Notes under the pieces: generated by a model
Seen by the model: the letters and a program-made list of their open reading frames with translations, nothing else
The model's database searches: none
What the model was told of the DNA's origin: nothing
Assembly (NCBI GenBank): GCA_028534125.1
Contig: CM052817.1
Span: forward strand, 38,256,001 to 38,320,000
Origin: Lama glama
Lineage: Eukaryota
DNA: 64,000 nt
Reading direction: 5' to 3'
Position numbers and translations under genes: made by a program
In this document: piece after piece, positions 39,961 through 54,170 of the stretch
Layout: each line of letters begins with the position of its first letter
Numbering within the stretch: the first letter of the stretch is position 1

Positions 39961-41362
39961 AAATGATATTGGTTTTTAACTAAAAGGGAAGTGTGATCAG
40001 TTCTCTGATGGGAGTACTTATATACATGCTAGGCACTGGCATTCAGGAAGGAGTTGGAAGTTTGGACAGATTCAGTTCTTAGTGGTAAATTAGACCACAG
40101 CATGTTTTATGTATTTGTAAGATCCTCACTACCAGGTCAACCTTAACATTTTGTTAATCATTTTAGTATAACCAATCAAATTGAGCCAGTCACACTGTGA
40201 TGCCTACAGTTAGCATTATTAGACCTCTTGGGAAGTGAATATAGTTTATCAAAGGCTGTAATTTACAAGCTACACTTAATCTTTGTAACGTTTCTTTTTC
40301 AGTTATTTCTGTTTCTGAAACCATCCTGGGAAGCTTGTTTTCACTTCCTCTTTCATTTTATACTTCTTTCATTGCCCTTACTTGTATTTCTCTATCTAAC
40401 CCATTTTTTTAACAGCAATTTCCTTTATGCTCCCCGTAGTCTTTTTACATAAACCACAGAGGAAAAGAAGGTACCAGTTTTCTAATTCAGCAGAGTTATT
40501 TGCATTTATGAGCAAATGCAACACACTTAAATTCAGTGAGAAAATTAAACCATGAATCTCAATCTAAGTGACTGCCTTCATTCTTTAAAGAAACTGCCAT
40601 TTTGCCTCATGCTTACCAGATAACTATAAATACCACCTGATTCATTTACCATTAGGTGCTTTGTGTTATCACTTTCTAGGTACAAAAGGAACTGGGCATA
40701 AAATGAACAATGCATCCATGGTTGGCCAAGAGACATTCATTTCTCATGGGATCTTTGTATTTTGGATGTCTGAATGGAAAGGAGGTTCCCACTGCCTGCT
40801 ATGCTCCATCAGTCTGAGAAAGGGGTTATTCCTTGTTGTGTTTGGGTTGCCAGTCCACTGTGCACCATTTCTTTGATTAAAGGAAAATTTTCATATTCAG
40901 CAAAGTCTATTTAATACGCAAAATAGATTATTTGTCCAAGTCTGAGAGAGAAGAGAGAGGGGGTTGTGTTGACCACAAACACATTTGGCAGACTGAGGTG
41001 AAAGGAAGAGAGCAAAAACAGAACAAGGCTGTCGTAAAAAGCAAGTAAACAGAACTGCAATGTTTATCAACTGAGGTAAATTTTAAGCAATGCTTTTGTT
41101 TTGTTTTGTTTTATCTTTAATTTAGGGACATTGGTGAATAGATTGGCAAAATATAGGACTTTTGTGGGGTTACAAAAGACTCAGATTGCCACAGATTTTA
41201 GAGAGAATGAGCCACTACTGAATTCTAATTCATTCTTGCTGTTCTGAATACTTATATTCAGAAGAGACAGATGTTATTTTAGTAAGTACCCTGAAACGGA
41301 AAATGAGATTCCTTTTCTTATATATGGATTAGAGGGCCAATTTAATGGCTATTAAATCCGAG

Positions 41363-41555
41363 GCTAGGCTGGCAGATAGTTTCACCTCTTACGATAACTC
41401 TGACCAATTTTTTGTGGCTGCCTAGAATGCTATATTAAGAAAGATTTCAATTTTACCAAGCTAGTGGGGAAGGAGTGCTGGGATGGAGTGCGTGGGCAAG
41501 TCCGCCTTGGGGAGGGAAAAGAAGAGCAGGACCGACAGCTGACAAACCTGCCTGA
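41363..41555. mobile_element. MER102-like hAT element
   Basis: 'ggctggcagatagtttca...gtggctgcctagaatgctatattaagaaagatt'. Confidence 0.55.
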
Positions 41556-41689
41556 GATCATGGGTTAGACTGTATGTTAGGTCAGAGGTTTTTGAACTTG
41601 TTTTTGCTTCTGACATGATACAAATACGTGACAGTAAAGCTAGTAATAGCAAAAGTTTGTTGTGTTGGTAGTGGTTGGTTGTTTATGGT

Positions 41690-41810
41690 CGAGTAATACT
41701 ATTAACTAACATATACTGAGTATTTTCTACATGCCAGGTATCACGCTAAGTACCTTATATGTAGCAGCTCACAGCTGCTATTTAATGCTCACAACAATCC
41801 TTTGACTTAA
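41690..41810 (-). mobile_element. MIR fragment
   Basis: 'aacatatactgagtattttctacatgccaggt...tttaatgctcacaacaatcct'. Confidence 0.7.
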
Positions 41811-44800
41811 TTATGTTTTGACTTACGGCCAATTCTCAGGGCTTTATCTGCAATCCCATCCCTTTCTCTTTCAATGAAGGAATGTCAGAGTGTGAGCATT
41901 ATAAGGATGATCTTGAATGCACTGAAATTTATTTTTTAAAAAAGTAAATTTTTCTCAAGCTTTAACATTTTAATTAATGACTTGTGACAGGCCTTATAGC
42001 TTACTGACACAGAAGCACAGTGACACTAAGGTTGAAGCTGCTTGTACTACACTTGCCATTTTGGTTTTCCAGACTCACTCCCTAATTCCAGGCTGAGTGT
42101 CATGGAAATATGTGTTTTTGATAAAAGTGGAGAGCAGATGAGAATTAGTAGAGGCGTGGTTACCAGTCCCCCAACAGCGCTAGCAAATCAGTTATGACTG
42201 CAGACCCCACAGGTTACTGGTGGGCCAGGGAAGGGCACTATGAACCATTTCAGTGAGCCCTTTGATTTTACAAATGTGAAAACTAAGATCAGTGACATTT
42301 GTTTCTATTTGACTACTTTTTAACTCTTTCCCATACATATTTAAAGAACTGTTGCAAATTCATTGAAAAAAAAGTGAGAGCATGTATGTTAAATTTTAAA
42401 CATATCCATAGGTCTACTTTAAATACACTAAGAATTTTGATAAAAGTTGTGGGGAGTTTCTAGCAGTAAAATTTCTACTATAAAGTATTTTCTTCTGGAG
42501 GGCAAATATGGCAGGTAGCAGGTACTCAATGATTGCTTATTTTAATTAAAGAAAAGGCAAGAAGGAAGGAAGAAAGGGAGAGAAATAAGAAGGGAGGGAG
42601 GAAGAAAGAAAATTTTCCCATCCGAAACAAATTAAAATCTCATTTACATTAAAAAGTCATTTTCTAAATATTAGCATCTTTGTGCTACCAATCCACTATC
42701 TGGCATTCACATATTAAGCACTGCTTTCAGAGGGAATTCTCTTTCCCTTCTTATAAAGGGAATAATCAAAATAAACATGCAAAAAACATATTATGGTAAC
42801 TGGTACAAAAATATGGCATGCTGTGGAAATTTGCAAAAATGACCTTGAAAAACATTAAATTTAACTTCTGGACTTATAATTAAGAGGAAAATGTTTGTAA
42901 AATGAAAATCTACATTCTATTTTTTTTTTTTAAATTTTTGAATCTACTTTAAAAGCATTCTTTAACATGCAGGATTAGTATGCACTGTACATGTTTATCA
43001 AAGTATTTTGATGGTGGATGTCTCAAACTAAAAAAGGCACAAAAAACACAAAATGTAAAATTTCTCTCAAAATGCACACAGTATCCTTTACTTTCGTTGT
43101 AAAAAAATGAACTTCCTTTGTAATAAACTTGATAAAGAAAATCTGATGAGTTGGCTTCCTTGAAGCATAGCCAGTCCCCACCCTAACAAACTTGATGCAC
43201 TAGTGGAAGATATGGCTCTCACTACATTCCAAGAGGAATTATTAGGCTCAAATGAGAGGATCAGAGATGAGAATAGCTTGATATTGGGAACCAAAGGAAA
43301 TGAAAGTGTATAAATCTCTAGCTAATGGATTAGCCGTAGGTGTAGAATGTTAATGGGAACCAGATTCATTATCTAGTAAGTTTTCAGACATGCCCCCAAA
43401 CTGGCCATTATCATAATTACATGATAAAGAGAACTTGTTCAAATATTAAATATAAAAAAAAACTTTTTTTCCCTAGTCAAGCTTACTAGTGCTACAATGT
43501 CCTGTCCTCTGGCTTTTTTCTTGCAACACAAGGTTAACGAAATTCATGGAATGTTAATAAAAGGTATATTTAAAGAATTATCAAAATTTCAAGCTAAAAA
43601 ATATTAGAAATCCTCTTCTGGGTTTTGTTTGTTTGTTTGTTTATTTGTTTGTTTGTTTTTTAAGGAGCAAAGGAGCCTCAGATTCATTAATTGTTCAGGT
43701 TTTCAGTGGCAGAGTTAGGAATAAATCCAGGTCCTGTGATCCCTGCTAGATCCCAGTCCATTTGTATTCAAATGTAATTCACCTCCATGCAAATGCCCGC
43801 AGAATCTTCACCAAACAGAGATAAGAGGAGGTGGTCGAGTTTACAGAATCTCTATCCATCAGAAGCTAATGGCTCTGAGGCCCAGTGCAATTTCTTTCAC
43901 AAAGTTGTCTTCCCCTGCAAGCTTCACCTTGCAGGTGATTTACCTCTAAGGACATCACCTGATGGCCTTCAGAGAGGCGACAGCATGCCTCACGCTTCTC
44001 CATTTTAAATGAGTTTAACTTTAAATTAGAAACCTTATGGGTCAGAGAGAAAGGTTAAGTATCCAGGATACAAAGACTTCAGCAATCACTGCCTTTGTAC
44101 CCCCTCCCATGTAGGTTAGAAAGTTTTCATTGACTATAAAATATAAGGCAAATGTTTTTGTAACCTTAGGAAGAAAATAAAGAATTAGTTTATTTTAGCC
44201 CCCAATTACTGACTTAAAAACAATCTCAGGTGTAAGTAAAAGTAGAGTGTTTTCACTTTGAAAAATGTGTACTCCTCCATGGTGATTTTTTATGACTGCA
44301 CTTCAAAGAGTTAGATGTTCATGTTGAACATGAGTTTATGATACTTCTTTAGTCAATAAATGTTAATTGAGTACATACTGTGTTGCCAGACACTGTGCTT
44401 TGTGAGAAGGTCTTTAGGACTCAAGGGGTCAGGAGAGTTAAAAGCAATTCTATATGACTAGAGCTATCCTATAGATATTCACAGAACTCTGTGGGAAATT
44501 ACAGGAAGTAGCTACTAATTTCCACCCCCATGCTCCAGGCTAGGCAGAGAATGAAGAGAATCAGGGAAGGGTAGAGTGAAATGATACATGATTTGACTTT
44601 CTCTTACCAAACAAAAGCTACTACATTAAAGGGCAGCACAAGGCATTTAGCAAGCAGAAAGCATCATCCTTATAGAATAAAAAGCAAAGAGAGACTTTGG
44701 TAGAGAGTCTGATCATGTGCATGCACACCACTAAGGGACGGGCTGGTGGAGAAGAGCAGCCTTGCCTGCTGATTGTGCCGAACCCATTTCCAACAAAAAG

Positions 44801-45789
44801 TCAGGGACAGTCAGAAACTCCTTGCTAATGAAGTCACCAAGACACAAGCCTGTTTTCCCTGAGCATGCTACTCCCTTGGCCCAGAATGTTCTTCCCTTTT
44901 CTTGCATGACTGAGTTTTCTTCATTCTTCAGCATCCCCACGCCTCTCTACCACTGCTTTATTGTCTGTCTAGGTATCTAGTCATTTCCTTCACAGCACTT
45001 TACAATATTACTGCTGCATGTTAAACAGCTGTCCCCCTCATTATAATTTATTATAATGATAATCATAAATTATAAATTCTTAATGTGATATACTAGATGG
45101 TTTTTTAAAAAAATTAATTATCACTTACAGCATGAATAAGGTTCTGTTTACTCTGGCACAGGCAACATGTGATGCCTCAACTTGCCTACCACTTACCTCT
45201 GTCCTAATGACTGAGAAAGCTTTGTTCAGACAGTATCGAAAGGTGACATCATTTGGCCTTCACTTTAAGGGAATGAAACATTTTCTGTATTAAATGCACC
45301 CCTGTTCTTTTGCTGGGTCTATTAAGGAATACTACTTGGGGCCAAAGTGATTATAAACAAAACATAGCTATTGAAAATATGAAACAGTCTTTTATTAAAT
45401 AATAACACAGACTTTTTTTTAAATTACTATAAATACTTCCAAAATTCTGATAGAGAATTCATCAATCCCCCATTTTAAGAAGCAGGCACATCCTGGATTA
45501 GAATCTCTTCTCTGGTTCCAGTGTTTACAGCAGAAGACCTATATTTGAAGCTCTGCTCAAAAACATGAGCTATGCAAATCTAAACAATTCTCAACTTTAT
45601 TGAGCGTGAGAACATCCACATACAAAATTGTACTCTTCTCCAATCTTCAGTTTCCTCTTCTATAAAATGGTAGAACAGTAAATATCCAAGCTCCATTTTA
45701 TTTGAGATATGTGCATTGGCATACCACTAAAATGTTATTCTGATAGCATTTCACAGAGAAGGTAGAAATCTTTCATTCAACCAATCAAC

Positions 45790-46600
45790 TGTCACCATGA
45801 GACTGACACAAAGGCTGTACAGCAAGACCCAAAACGCTTTATTACTGGTGAGGCTTTGGCCCAAAGCTCCTGCAAAGATTGATCTCTGGTAAGATAATAC
45901 TGACAAAAGCAGAGTCCTTCTCTATGCAAGGGGAGTATAAGAAGCCTTGAATTGCAGTGTCTTACCTTCTCTGTTACTATCCCAAAGCCCAAATCCAAGT
46001 CTCAGTTCTTATCACTCCACTGGGATGTAATGCCTCACTCAGCAAAAGAGTGAACAGAATGAGAGTGAGAATGAAAGAAAGGGAGGTAGAGAGAAACAGA
46101 GAAAGAAAGAGAGCAAGATAATTTCCCAAAGCAAGGAGCCATCCACTGTGACCTTCCTAGAGAGGGCAAGAGCCCCCAGAACCAAGCCCTGAGAAGACAG
46201 AATGGAGAAAGGTAATAGGGAAGCAGCATAGGGAGGTGCAGAGCCACAAAAAGAGACTTAGAAACTCAGAGAGATTCAGGGAGTCAGAAACTGTTCCTCC
46301 AATGAGGCATCAGGATCAGGTCTATATGTTGGGGCAAGAAATAACTAGATGCAAAGTGTAAAGAGATAATTGGCTCTTTTCTCCTTTAGCTATTAGTCCC
46401 TGGGGAACTACAGGGCGGTGGGGATTAATGTCTGCACATGCTCCAAACTGGACTTTTTAACCCATTACTAGCACAATGGCCAGTGAAAATGCCCTCAGTC
46501 GTGACCTACCAAAGCAGAACTTCTTTCCTTGGGAACAAATTAAGGAGAACAAAGGGAAGGTGAATATCCTTCACTTCTCAATTCCTTGAAATTATAAAAA
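45790..46600 (-). mobile_element. Probable ancient LTR, family unresolved
   Basis: TGT terminus at 45790 with tttatt about 50 nt inside; GC-richer block. Confidence 0.35.
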
Positions 46601-47399
46601 TTATTTTTTCCTTGAAAGAAATGCCCCAATCTATTCTCCAACAACATCCTCTCAGCAGGTGTTTGAGTCTTATAAGCCTTTCAGCTTCTAAAGTCATAAC
46701 CCTAAAACGGCTACACGATTTAAAAGAATAGCTTTACCGAGGATGCTCTCAGGATCCTCTTTAGGACTTCAGCCACCAGAAGTACACTCCAGATTTGTTT
46801 CCATAGGAATCCCCGAAAGTGAGTGGCAGAAGGTGGTTTTGATAGGCTAGTACCTGTTTTCCTCAGTTCCCTGTCACATGTCTAAAAAGACAGTCCATGG
46901 GACATTTCTTGGTTAGCCATTTCCATTTTATGAACAGAAATTTAGTGGATAGTCATCAGCCACTGCAATGTATCACTGTTGTCTTGTGTCAGAAACAGAA
47001 AGCATCACATCTGCTTTTGTCCATGAATCCTCTTCATTGTATAGGTTAGTAAAGACAGCCAAAAATAAACCTCAGGTTTGAATTAGGTGGTGTTAATGAA
47101 TCAGAGTGGTGCCATGTGAATCAGCTAAAAGTGGGGACCACCTGCAAATGCCTACAGAGCCAACAATGATTCACTTCAGGAGTGACTGCAGAACTGTGTA
47201 TTAGATGTAGGCAAATGGGTGTGAGCAGACTCTGTATGCCATTCTGGGTACATACTCTGCGCATACCTCCCAATCTGCCAAGTATCATCTACAGAAAGCC
47301 AACACCCCCTAGCCTAGGGCCGCTCAGAAAAAACTATGAGTTATTAACGTAATTCCTAGAACTCTAGGTTGCCTCTAAATTGTCATCATTATTTCGAAT

Positions 47400-47600
47400 G
47401 ATGGGTTCTTCATCAGGGCTGCCTGGTTTTGCCATTTGTTATCTTTGGAACATAGATTATTTTAACCTTCAAGAAGCTTAGTTTCCCCACAGATTAAAAC
47501 CTCTGCAGATAGTGTTGCTATGAGAATTAATGAGATAGTAATGCAAATAGAGCACTGAGCAGAGAACATGGCACAGAAGAGTTCACAACAAACACTCACT
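47400..47600 (+). mobile_element. MIR fragment
   Basis: 'gcttagtttccccac...tgttgctatgagaattaatgagatagtaatgcaaatagagcactgagcagag'. Confidence 0.7.
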
Positions 47601-48955
47601 CCCTTTCAGCTCCCTGAAAAGCCACGGTAGAGTGAGGGATTACCTCTCAAAATGTATCTCCAACATTTATCAGCTGAAACTATTTTTAATTGCCACTCTA
47701 ATAAAACATTAGAAATTGAGGCGTGGCTTGAGTCAGTTACACTCTAAAATAAGAAAGCTTATTATTATATTAGTTTCTGAGAATTCAGTGAAAGTGCTAA
47801 TACAATTCACAAGAGAAAAATTTTAAATGTTCAGACAGACATCAAAACAGAAAGGATAGAAAAGTATCAACTATGTGGAATGCCACAAAATAAAAGTCCT
47901 CAAGGATAGCATCCCCTGACGCCTACTTCCCAATTCAGGATAGAAGAGGAGAGAACAGGTGAGATACCAAAAGGCAGTTTCTGTTCAAGCAGCTGACCAG
48001 AGATGTGTAAATCTGGAAAGGCAACAGATATTGCTTCCACCAATAATTATTTCTATGATCAAAGCAAATTATGTGATTCAAAATGCCATAATTAAAATAT
48101 CTTGAAACTTTCAATTCAGACTATTACCTGAGATCTGTAAGTATTTTGAGAGTTTATTTCCCCCCTAGTAATACTATGCTATGTTACAAGATTTGAAAAT
48201 TAACACCTGATACTTAACGGACCCCACTGTAAATGTTGTGGACAGTGACACAAAGAATGTCGCAGTCTCTGCTTTGAAAAAGGAATTCACTGATAGAATC
48301 TCAAGTAGTAAACAACAGCCAGATTAATGATTTATGCATGTTTAAAAAACTCAGCCAAGTTTTCTATTTCATGAGCTTTGCATCTCGTAATTTTGGAAGG
48401 AAAGGGCTGCAGAGGAAGCAAAATCATTGTTGCATCTTTAAAATATTCTCAAGCCTTTTTTAAGAGTCAAAAAAGAGAAACATTTTAAATAAACATTGCC
48501 TTTTTATCACAATTGCATGTGAAATGATGACACTTTAAACAGGAAATTTTGAAAACAGTAAATATTTTAGATAAGCAATTGTGTCACTGTGATAATGACT
48601 AAAACTGTCTTCACCAAAGATTTTTGCATAAATATTCAAAATAAAAACTTACATAGAACACTTGGAGCATTTATGAAATCTTTGCCTGGTTTGAAAATGG
48701 AATTACTGCTCATTTTCCCCTAGGATGCTCAAAATGTAAAATGCCCCATTTCCAAAATATCTGTGGATATTGCAATGCACATTTTATAGGTAAACGTAAT
48801 GATAAGGGAAATAACTAAAAGCATTAGCGCACAGGAAGAATCGTGAGAGTTTGATGTTTAGAAAGCTGCAGCATCTGTGGGGCTAGGCAAAGCTTCTAGA
48901 AATCCGAGATCAAGAGCAAATCTGAAACCATCAGTTTCATCTTTTCCTTTAACAG

Positions 48956-49120
48956 TGGAGGTACTGGGAGAACCGATGAACACAAAGTGCCACCCTTCAC
49001 TCATGGAAGAATGAAGTCCAGAACCCAGGAGAGGAACCCCTGGCTTCTGCATCACAAGGCGTATTATAAAAACCAACACTGACAGGATGCCAATTTTCTC
49101 TTTAAAATCTAGAGAAAAAT
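48956..49120 (+). other. Candidate non-coding plus-strand exon (165 nt)
   Basis: Acceptor 'catcttttcctttaacag|' and donor 'AAT|gtaagt'; stops in all three frames. Confidence 0.3.
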
Positions 49121-50703
49121 GTAAGTATTATGTCTAGTCATTAAAAGAAAATTAAAAACAACTAGGAAAAGGTTCAAAATAGGTTATTTCACACTGAAAA
49201 GCTGCCCCAAAATGTATTAGATTCTTACTTTTGATGTTTCCGGCTTTCTCTGGAGAAGGTTTTGAATGTTAAGTAATACGGCTAAGTTAGTGTTATGTTG
49301 GTTTATTCAAATAATCAGTGCCCACTGCAAGCAAGGCCAGGACTATTGCATATTCAACCCACGTCTAGGTCAGTAGGCTCACATCTACAGATTTGGTTCT
49401 TTATTTTAGTCATCCATCTAACAGTTTCTCAAGATTGACCACAAGGTAGGCCCAGTGGAAGATGAGCATCTACTTACCTAAACTAATTTTTTTTAAACTT
49501 CAGTGAGGGATGACACATTATTTAAGCAATTGTGATTCCATACCAGGAAAAATATATTTAAGTAGGAATCCAGGTTCACAAAAATGAGCTGAGGGTTCTG
49601 TTCTGCTAATACATTGAACTGATTCTGTTAATCTCTTCTATGACTATGACACAAACAGGAAAAATGAGTTAAAAAACAAAAAAAATAATTTAGCATAGTT
49701 AAAATATACATAGTAATTACGATATGTCTTTAGTACTTAAATATTTTAAAATATTAAGTCATATTTGTACATATGGTGAGTATCTGGCTCATAAGTGGAA
49801 CAGAATATCGTTTCAAGGTAATATCACAGGAAATCAGACATACGAAGAATTTTGATAATCTCTAGAATTATTAATGAGAAAACGGTAGTCTTATCTGGGA
49901 GAAAAAAAAGTATGTGCATTTGATTTATAAGTTGTAATTGAAAAAGCATAAAAGTATGATATAAGTTTTTATACTAGGGTGTTGAGTAGAAATTATCCTA
50001 TTGTCCCAAACTGACTTCTGGAATCTAAACCAGAAATAAAGAGATGTTAAGTGCCTTCCAGTCCTAAGAGAAAAAAGAATAGAAGCCAATGCCATCAGAT
50101 ATTACCACTGTAGCCAGCACCAGTCCTCTCTTTCCTGCCTAGAGAAAGAAGACTGGGGGAAAGCCAAAACCCCCTCCAAAGGGAGAAAGAACTCCAGGAA
50201 AATCACTAGCAGCTAGGGAGCCGGGCAGCTCGCTCCTCAGTTTGTCACGTGCTTAGGCTGCTCCTCACATAGTCCTGAGTGATGGACAAAAGGACCGCTG
50301 GACAGAGAAAATTCTACAGCAGTGTGGAGAAGCCTGCAGTGCCACATTTGCCATGGTGACCATGCATGGATTTCCAGGAGTTCAAGTTTAACCAGGGAAG
50401 ACAGGGGCCTGGTAATGAGCTCCTAGTAGCAAGAAAATGTGGGTGTACTGCCCATTCTGAGTGCTGAAAAGTGACAAAAAAGAGGACAAGATATGCCCTA
50501 CCTCCAACATCCTAGGCAGTCGAATTGGTAATTAATAGCCATAAGTTAGCCAGAGAAACAGGAGCTACCAAGATGGCCTTGTAGTCTCCTTGCAGCGATA
50601 GGCTCTTAGGCAGAGATGCATTTGCCCTTGCTCTCCTCTTCCCCTCTGCCAGTCCAGAGACCTCACAGAGAAGGAGAGAGTATCCAGTCCATGGCCCTCT
50701 CAA

Positions 50704-50760
50704 ACACGCACGTGCGCACACACACACACACGCGCGCACACGCACACACACACACACACA
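50704..50760. repeat. (CA)/(CG) alternating purine-pyrimidine tract
   Basis: 57 bp of unbroken alternation including CGCGCG. Confidence 0.9.
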
Positions 50761-50924
50761 GTGATGAGGAGACAGAGGGGGAGAAAAAGCACACCTGTGC
50801 TCCCTCCCTGCGTGAAGTACCCCGTCAAGACTGGGAAGTATCAAGATGGGGTGTGGAGGGAAATGAGATTTTAACCAAGTGTGAGGCTTGAGTTTTAAGT
50901 TAGACTGGAATTTAATAATTAAAA

Positions 50925-51258
50925 ATGGCTGGCACATTTCCTCAAAAGGTTAAACATAGAGTTACTGTATGTTTACCAATTCCATTTCTAAGTATACAAC
51001 CAAGGGAAATGAAAACATATGTCTATGCAAAAACTTGTACTCAAAGGTTTACTACAGCATTATTCATAAAAGCCCCAAAGTGGAAACAATCCAAATGTCC
51101 ATCAACTGAAGAATGGATATATTATATATACACATATAATGTGAAATATCAATAAAATGAAATATTATTCAACCATAAAAGGAAACAAAGTACTAATACA
51201 CTCTACAACATGGATAAACCTTGAAAATATTATGCTAAGGGAAAGAAGGCAAAATTCG
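50925..51258 (+). mobile_element. L1MB-like 3' fragment
   Basis: 'cagcattattcataaaagccccaaagtggaaacaatccaaatgtccatcaactga'. Confidence 0.88.
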
Positions 51259-52199
51259 GAAAGTGAGAATAATAATTCATGCATCTAAGGTAGCTTCCTT
51301 GTACACAAAAAAGTGATCAAGATGTTTCGTAAATTGTAATTTACGTAGTTTACAACAGATAAATAGTCACTGAATGAATGAACATATGGTAATAGCACTA
51401 GAAAACAGAGAGCATCTGGATTTATGCAGAAGGAAGTAAAGAAGAAGGGACAGAAAGATTGAGTGCCCGAAAGAAACATGAAAGAAAATAAATAGCAGGT
51501 ATCTGTCAAATATTTCATAAAATATAAATGTTCAAACTATATTTTCAACCATTGATTAAAAAAAATTTCCCAAATTCTCTTCTCCATTAGTTGAGATAAT
51601 GGAAATAGACCTAATTTTATGCTAACAAGATAGCATATGGGTTATCTGGTTCGGTTTATTGAATTGCACTACATGCAAAAGCCTTCAGTCAATATGAGTA
51701 AATGTGAGAAGCAGAACTCAAGGGATTTAACTCCAGTAGTTCTCTCTCCAAATTGCTGTTGAGGAATAAGTGCTGTGCATGAGACCAGAAAACTAAGACT
51801 GCCTCTCTCTGGGGTGGTCCAGCTTTGCAAAGAAAATCCTTCAAACCTCCATGGCTGTCATCATAATCATTTTGATGAGCTCTGAAGGAGCCCAAAAAGG
51901 AATTTAAACAAAGATAAAAAACTTACTACAAAGCTAAGCATTGTTTTGGTTTTTTTTTTTTTTGAGAATATTTCCATATGAATTCAGTGAATTGACAACA
52001 TAGATCACAAGTGAAAACAAGTTATCTTCTGCTCTGATGTTAGCATTACTTACACAGGCTGATCATCTATTATTCCCTTTGTTATGCAATTAATAAGGTA
52101 TATATTAAAGGTCTTGACTTCTAAACTATTGTGTCAGGGTATTCTGATGGTAAAAGACATTAAAAATGATGATGATGTTGATGATGATGATGATAGTAA

Positions 52200-52410
52200 C
52201 ACCAACAGTCGATATTCACTAAGTGCTTACTATGTGGCCAGGTACTGTATAGGTATTCTAGAAACATCATTTCATGCATGCTAACAACTACTTATGAGAT
52301 AGGTATTATTATTACTACTCACATTTTCCGGATGTGTAACTTACCCAAGTAAACTCCAGGCCTGTACCTACTGATGGCGTCTAGACTGAGCATAGGCAGC
52401 CTGACCCTAG
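52200..52410 (-). mobile_element. MIR preceded by (GAT)n
   Basis: 'aagtgcttactatgtggccaggtactgt...atgagataggtattattattac'. Confidence 0.7.
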
Positions 52411-52919
52411 AAGCCGTATGCAAAACAAAGGGGCTCCACTCTCCAGAGAAATGCCCACATCGGACAAATTCAGTTCTAGAGAAGATTATGATGATGAAAT
52501 CTTCCCTCACAGTGGGATCCCTCTGGCCACCATGCCATCCATCCCTTCAGCCAAGACATCCTTGCTGCTCTCCTGCCCAAGTATTCTCTCCAGCAGCAAT
52601 GGATTTTCTCTCCTGTGGTCAAAAGTGACCTGACGGGCATGCCCCTAATTCATGGTTAGGTAATAATGGATATTAGAAGGCCAAGTGTTTATCCGTGCTA
52701 TAGTTGCTTTTCAATCATTTTTCCAGAGATAATGTCATAATGCAAAATAATGGCTGATAGGAACACGAGGCAGAGTGGCAGAACTGTCAGAGGCAGCCTT
52801 TTTGGATAGGTGAGCATTTTGGATTCCTTTACAGTGACTGACACATAGAATAAGCCCTATTTTCACTATTTACTTCTCAATCCAATAAATAGGCACATAA
52901 AAGCAAGGGGAAATGTAAG

Positions 52920-53865
52920 GTCTCAGGATAAAATCTATAACCCTTAACACTGCTTACTGGACTTGTACCATACTTGTCTGTGCTTACTTCTCCAAGTTCA
53001 TCTCTCATCACTGCTTGTCTTCTTTCTTAGGCGCTGAAATCCTTAACCGTTGTCAGTTCCCCAACAATCTATCAAAGGACCATGGCCCCCACCTTTGATT
53101 CTGCCACCTATACCACCCCAACAACTTGTAATAAGTTATATTCTCCTACAATTCTCAGGTTAAGAATGTATTCTTTTGAAAAAACTCTTCCTGAACCTTG
53201 GAAGTGGTTATAGGTGCCCCTCCTGTGGCTTCTTCATGGTTCTCTGTATTTTCCTTATTTAAATACTTTTTACATTGTACAGTAACTGCAATTGCCTATA
53301 GCAGCCACTGGAACTTTTAACACTATCTTCATGGATGCTTAGTATTATTTGATCACCTGTAGAGACTGCTAACCCTTTTTCCATACACATGTTCTCCTTT
53401 TCTCCCAGGATAAAGCTACCTTACGCACCCAGCCTCCTTTGCAGTTAGGTCTGATCACAGGAATCAGTTCCCTCTACTGGAATAGGATGAGAAGTGAAAA
53501 GAGCCACCACCACACCTGGTTCATCTCATCCTTCTATGCAGTACTCTATTTTATACTGCCTTCTAGACGACTGGGAAGGAAATGGCCCCATGATGAACTG
53601 CAAAGATGAAAGTTAAAATTGCAAAATCACTAGAAGCTTAAGTTCCTAAACAGTTGTTTGAAGCAGACCTCCTCACTTACCTAGAATCATTTTGGACTTC
53701 CACCTGAGAAAGAAACAAGCTTCTTTTTAAATCCTCATTTTGAGGGACAGGGGGCATTTATTTTTATAGCATCAGTTACATCATCTTTATGTTTCTTGGA
53801 GTCTAACATAACTATAGGCACATTAGATATCTATAAATACGTTGAAAAGACCCAAATGAATGAAA
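52920..53865 (+). mobile_element. L2 3' region interrupted by an MLT1 LTR
   Basis: L2 body on both sides of 53358-53775; terminal 'aatgaatgaa'. Confidence 0.55.
53358..53775 (+). mobile_element. MaLR LTR (MLT1J-like)
   Basis: 'cccagcctcctttgcagttagg...tggaatagga...ttggacttccacctgagaaagaaacaagcttct'. Confidence 0.7.
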
Positions 53866-53914
53866 GATTAGTATGAACATCCTCAAGAAATAAATCTTTT
53901 TGTCAAGCTAATAT

Positions 53915-54170
53915 TATAAAAATAGCTAACATTTATTTTATGCTTGCTATATGCTGCTGCTTTCTAAGATTCTTTACATAAATAATCTCATTTAAACCTC
54001 TTAACAATGTTATGAGATAAGTCCTACTATTACCTCATTATACAAATTAGTAAATTGAAGCTTGACCCACCTTATTATTCACTATCTAATGTATCATAAT
54101 TATGTGGTGGATGAATCAAATTCAACTCAAACAACATGACTCAAAAGCCTATGTTTTTAACCGCAATGAA
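53915..54170 (-). mobile_element. MIR
   Basis: 'aatagctaacatttat...tctcatttaaacctcttaacaat...aaattcaactcaaac'. Confidence 0.8.

Noticed and set aside
4650..47550. Scattered ATGCAAAT octamer motifs
   Set aside because: Unclustered and unsurprising in AT-rich DNA
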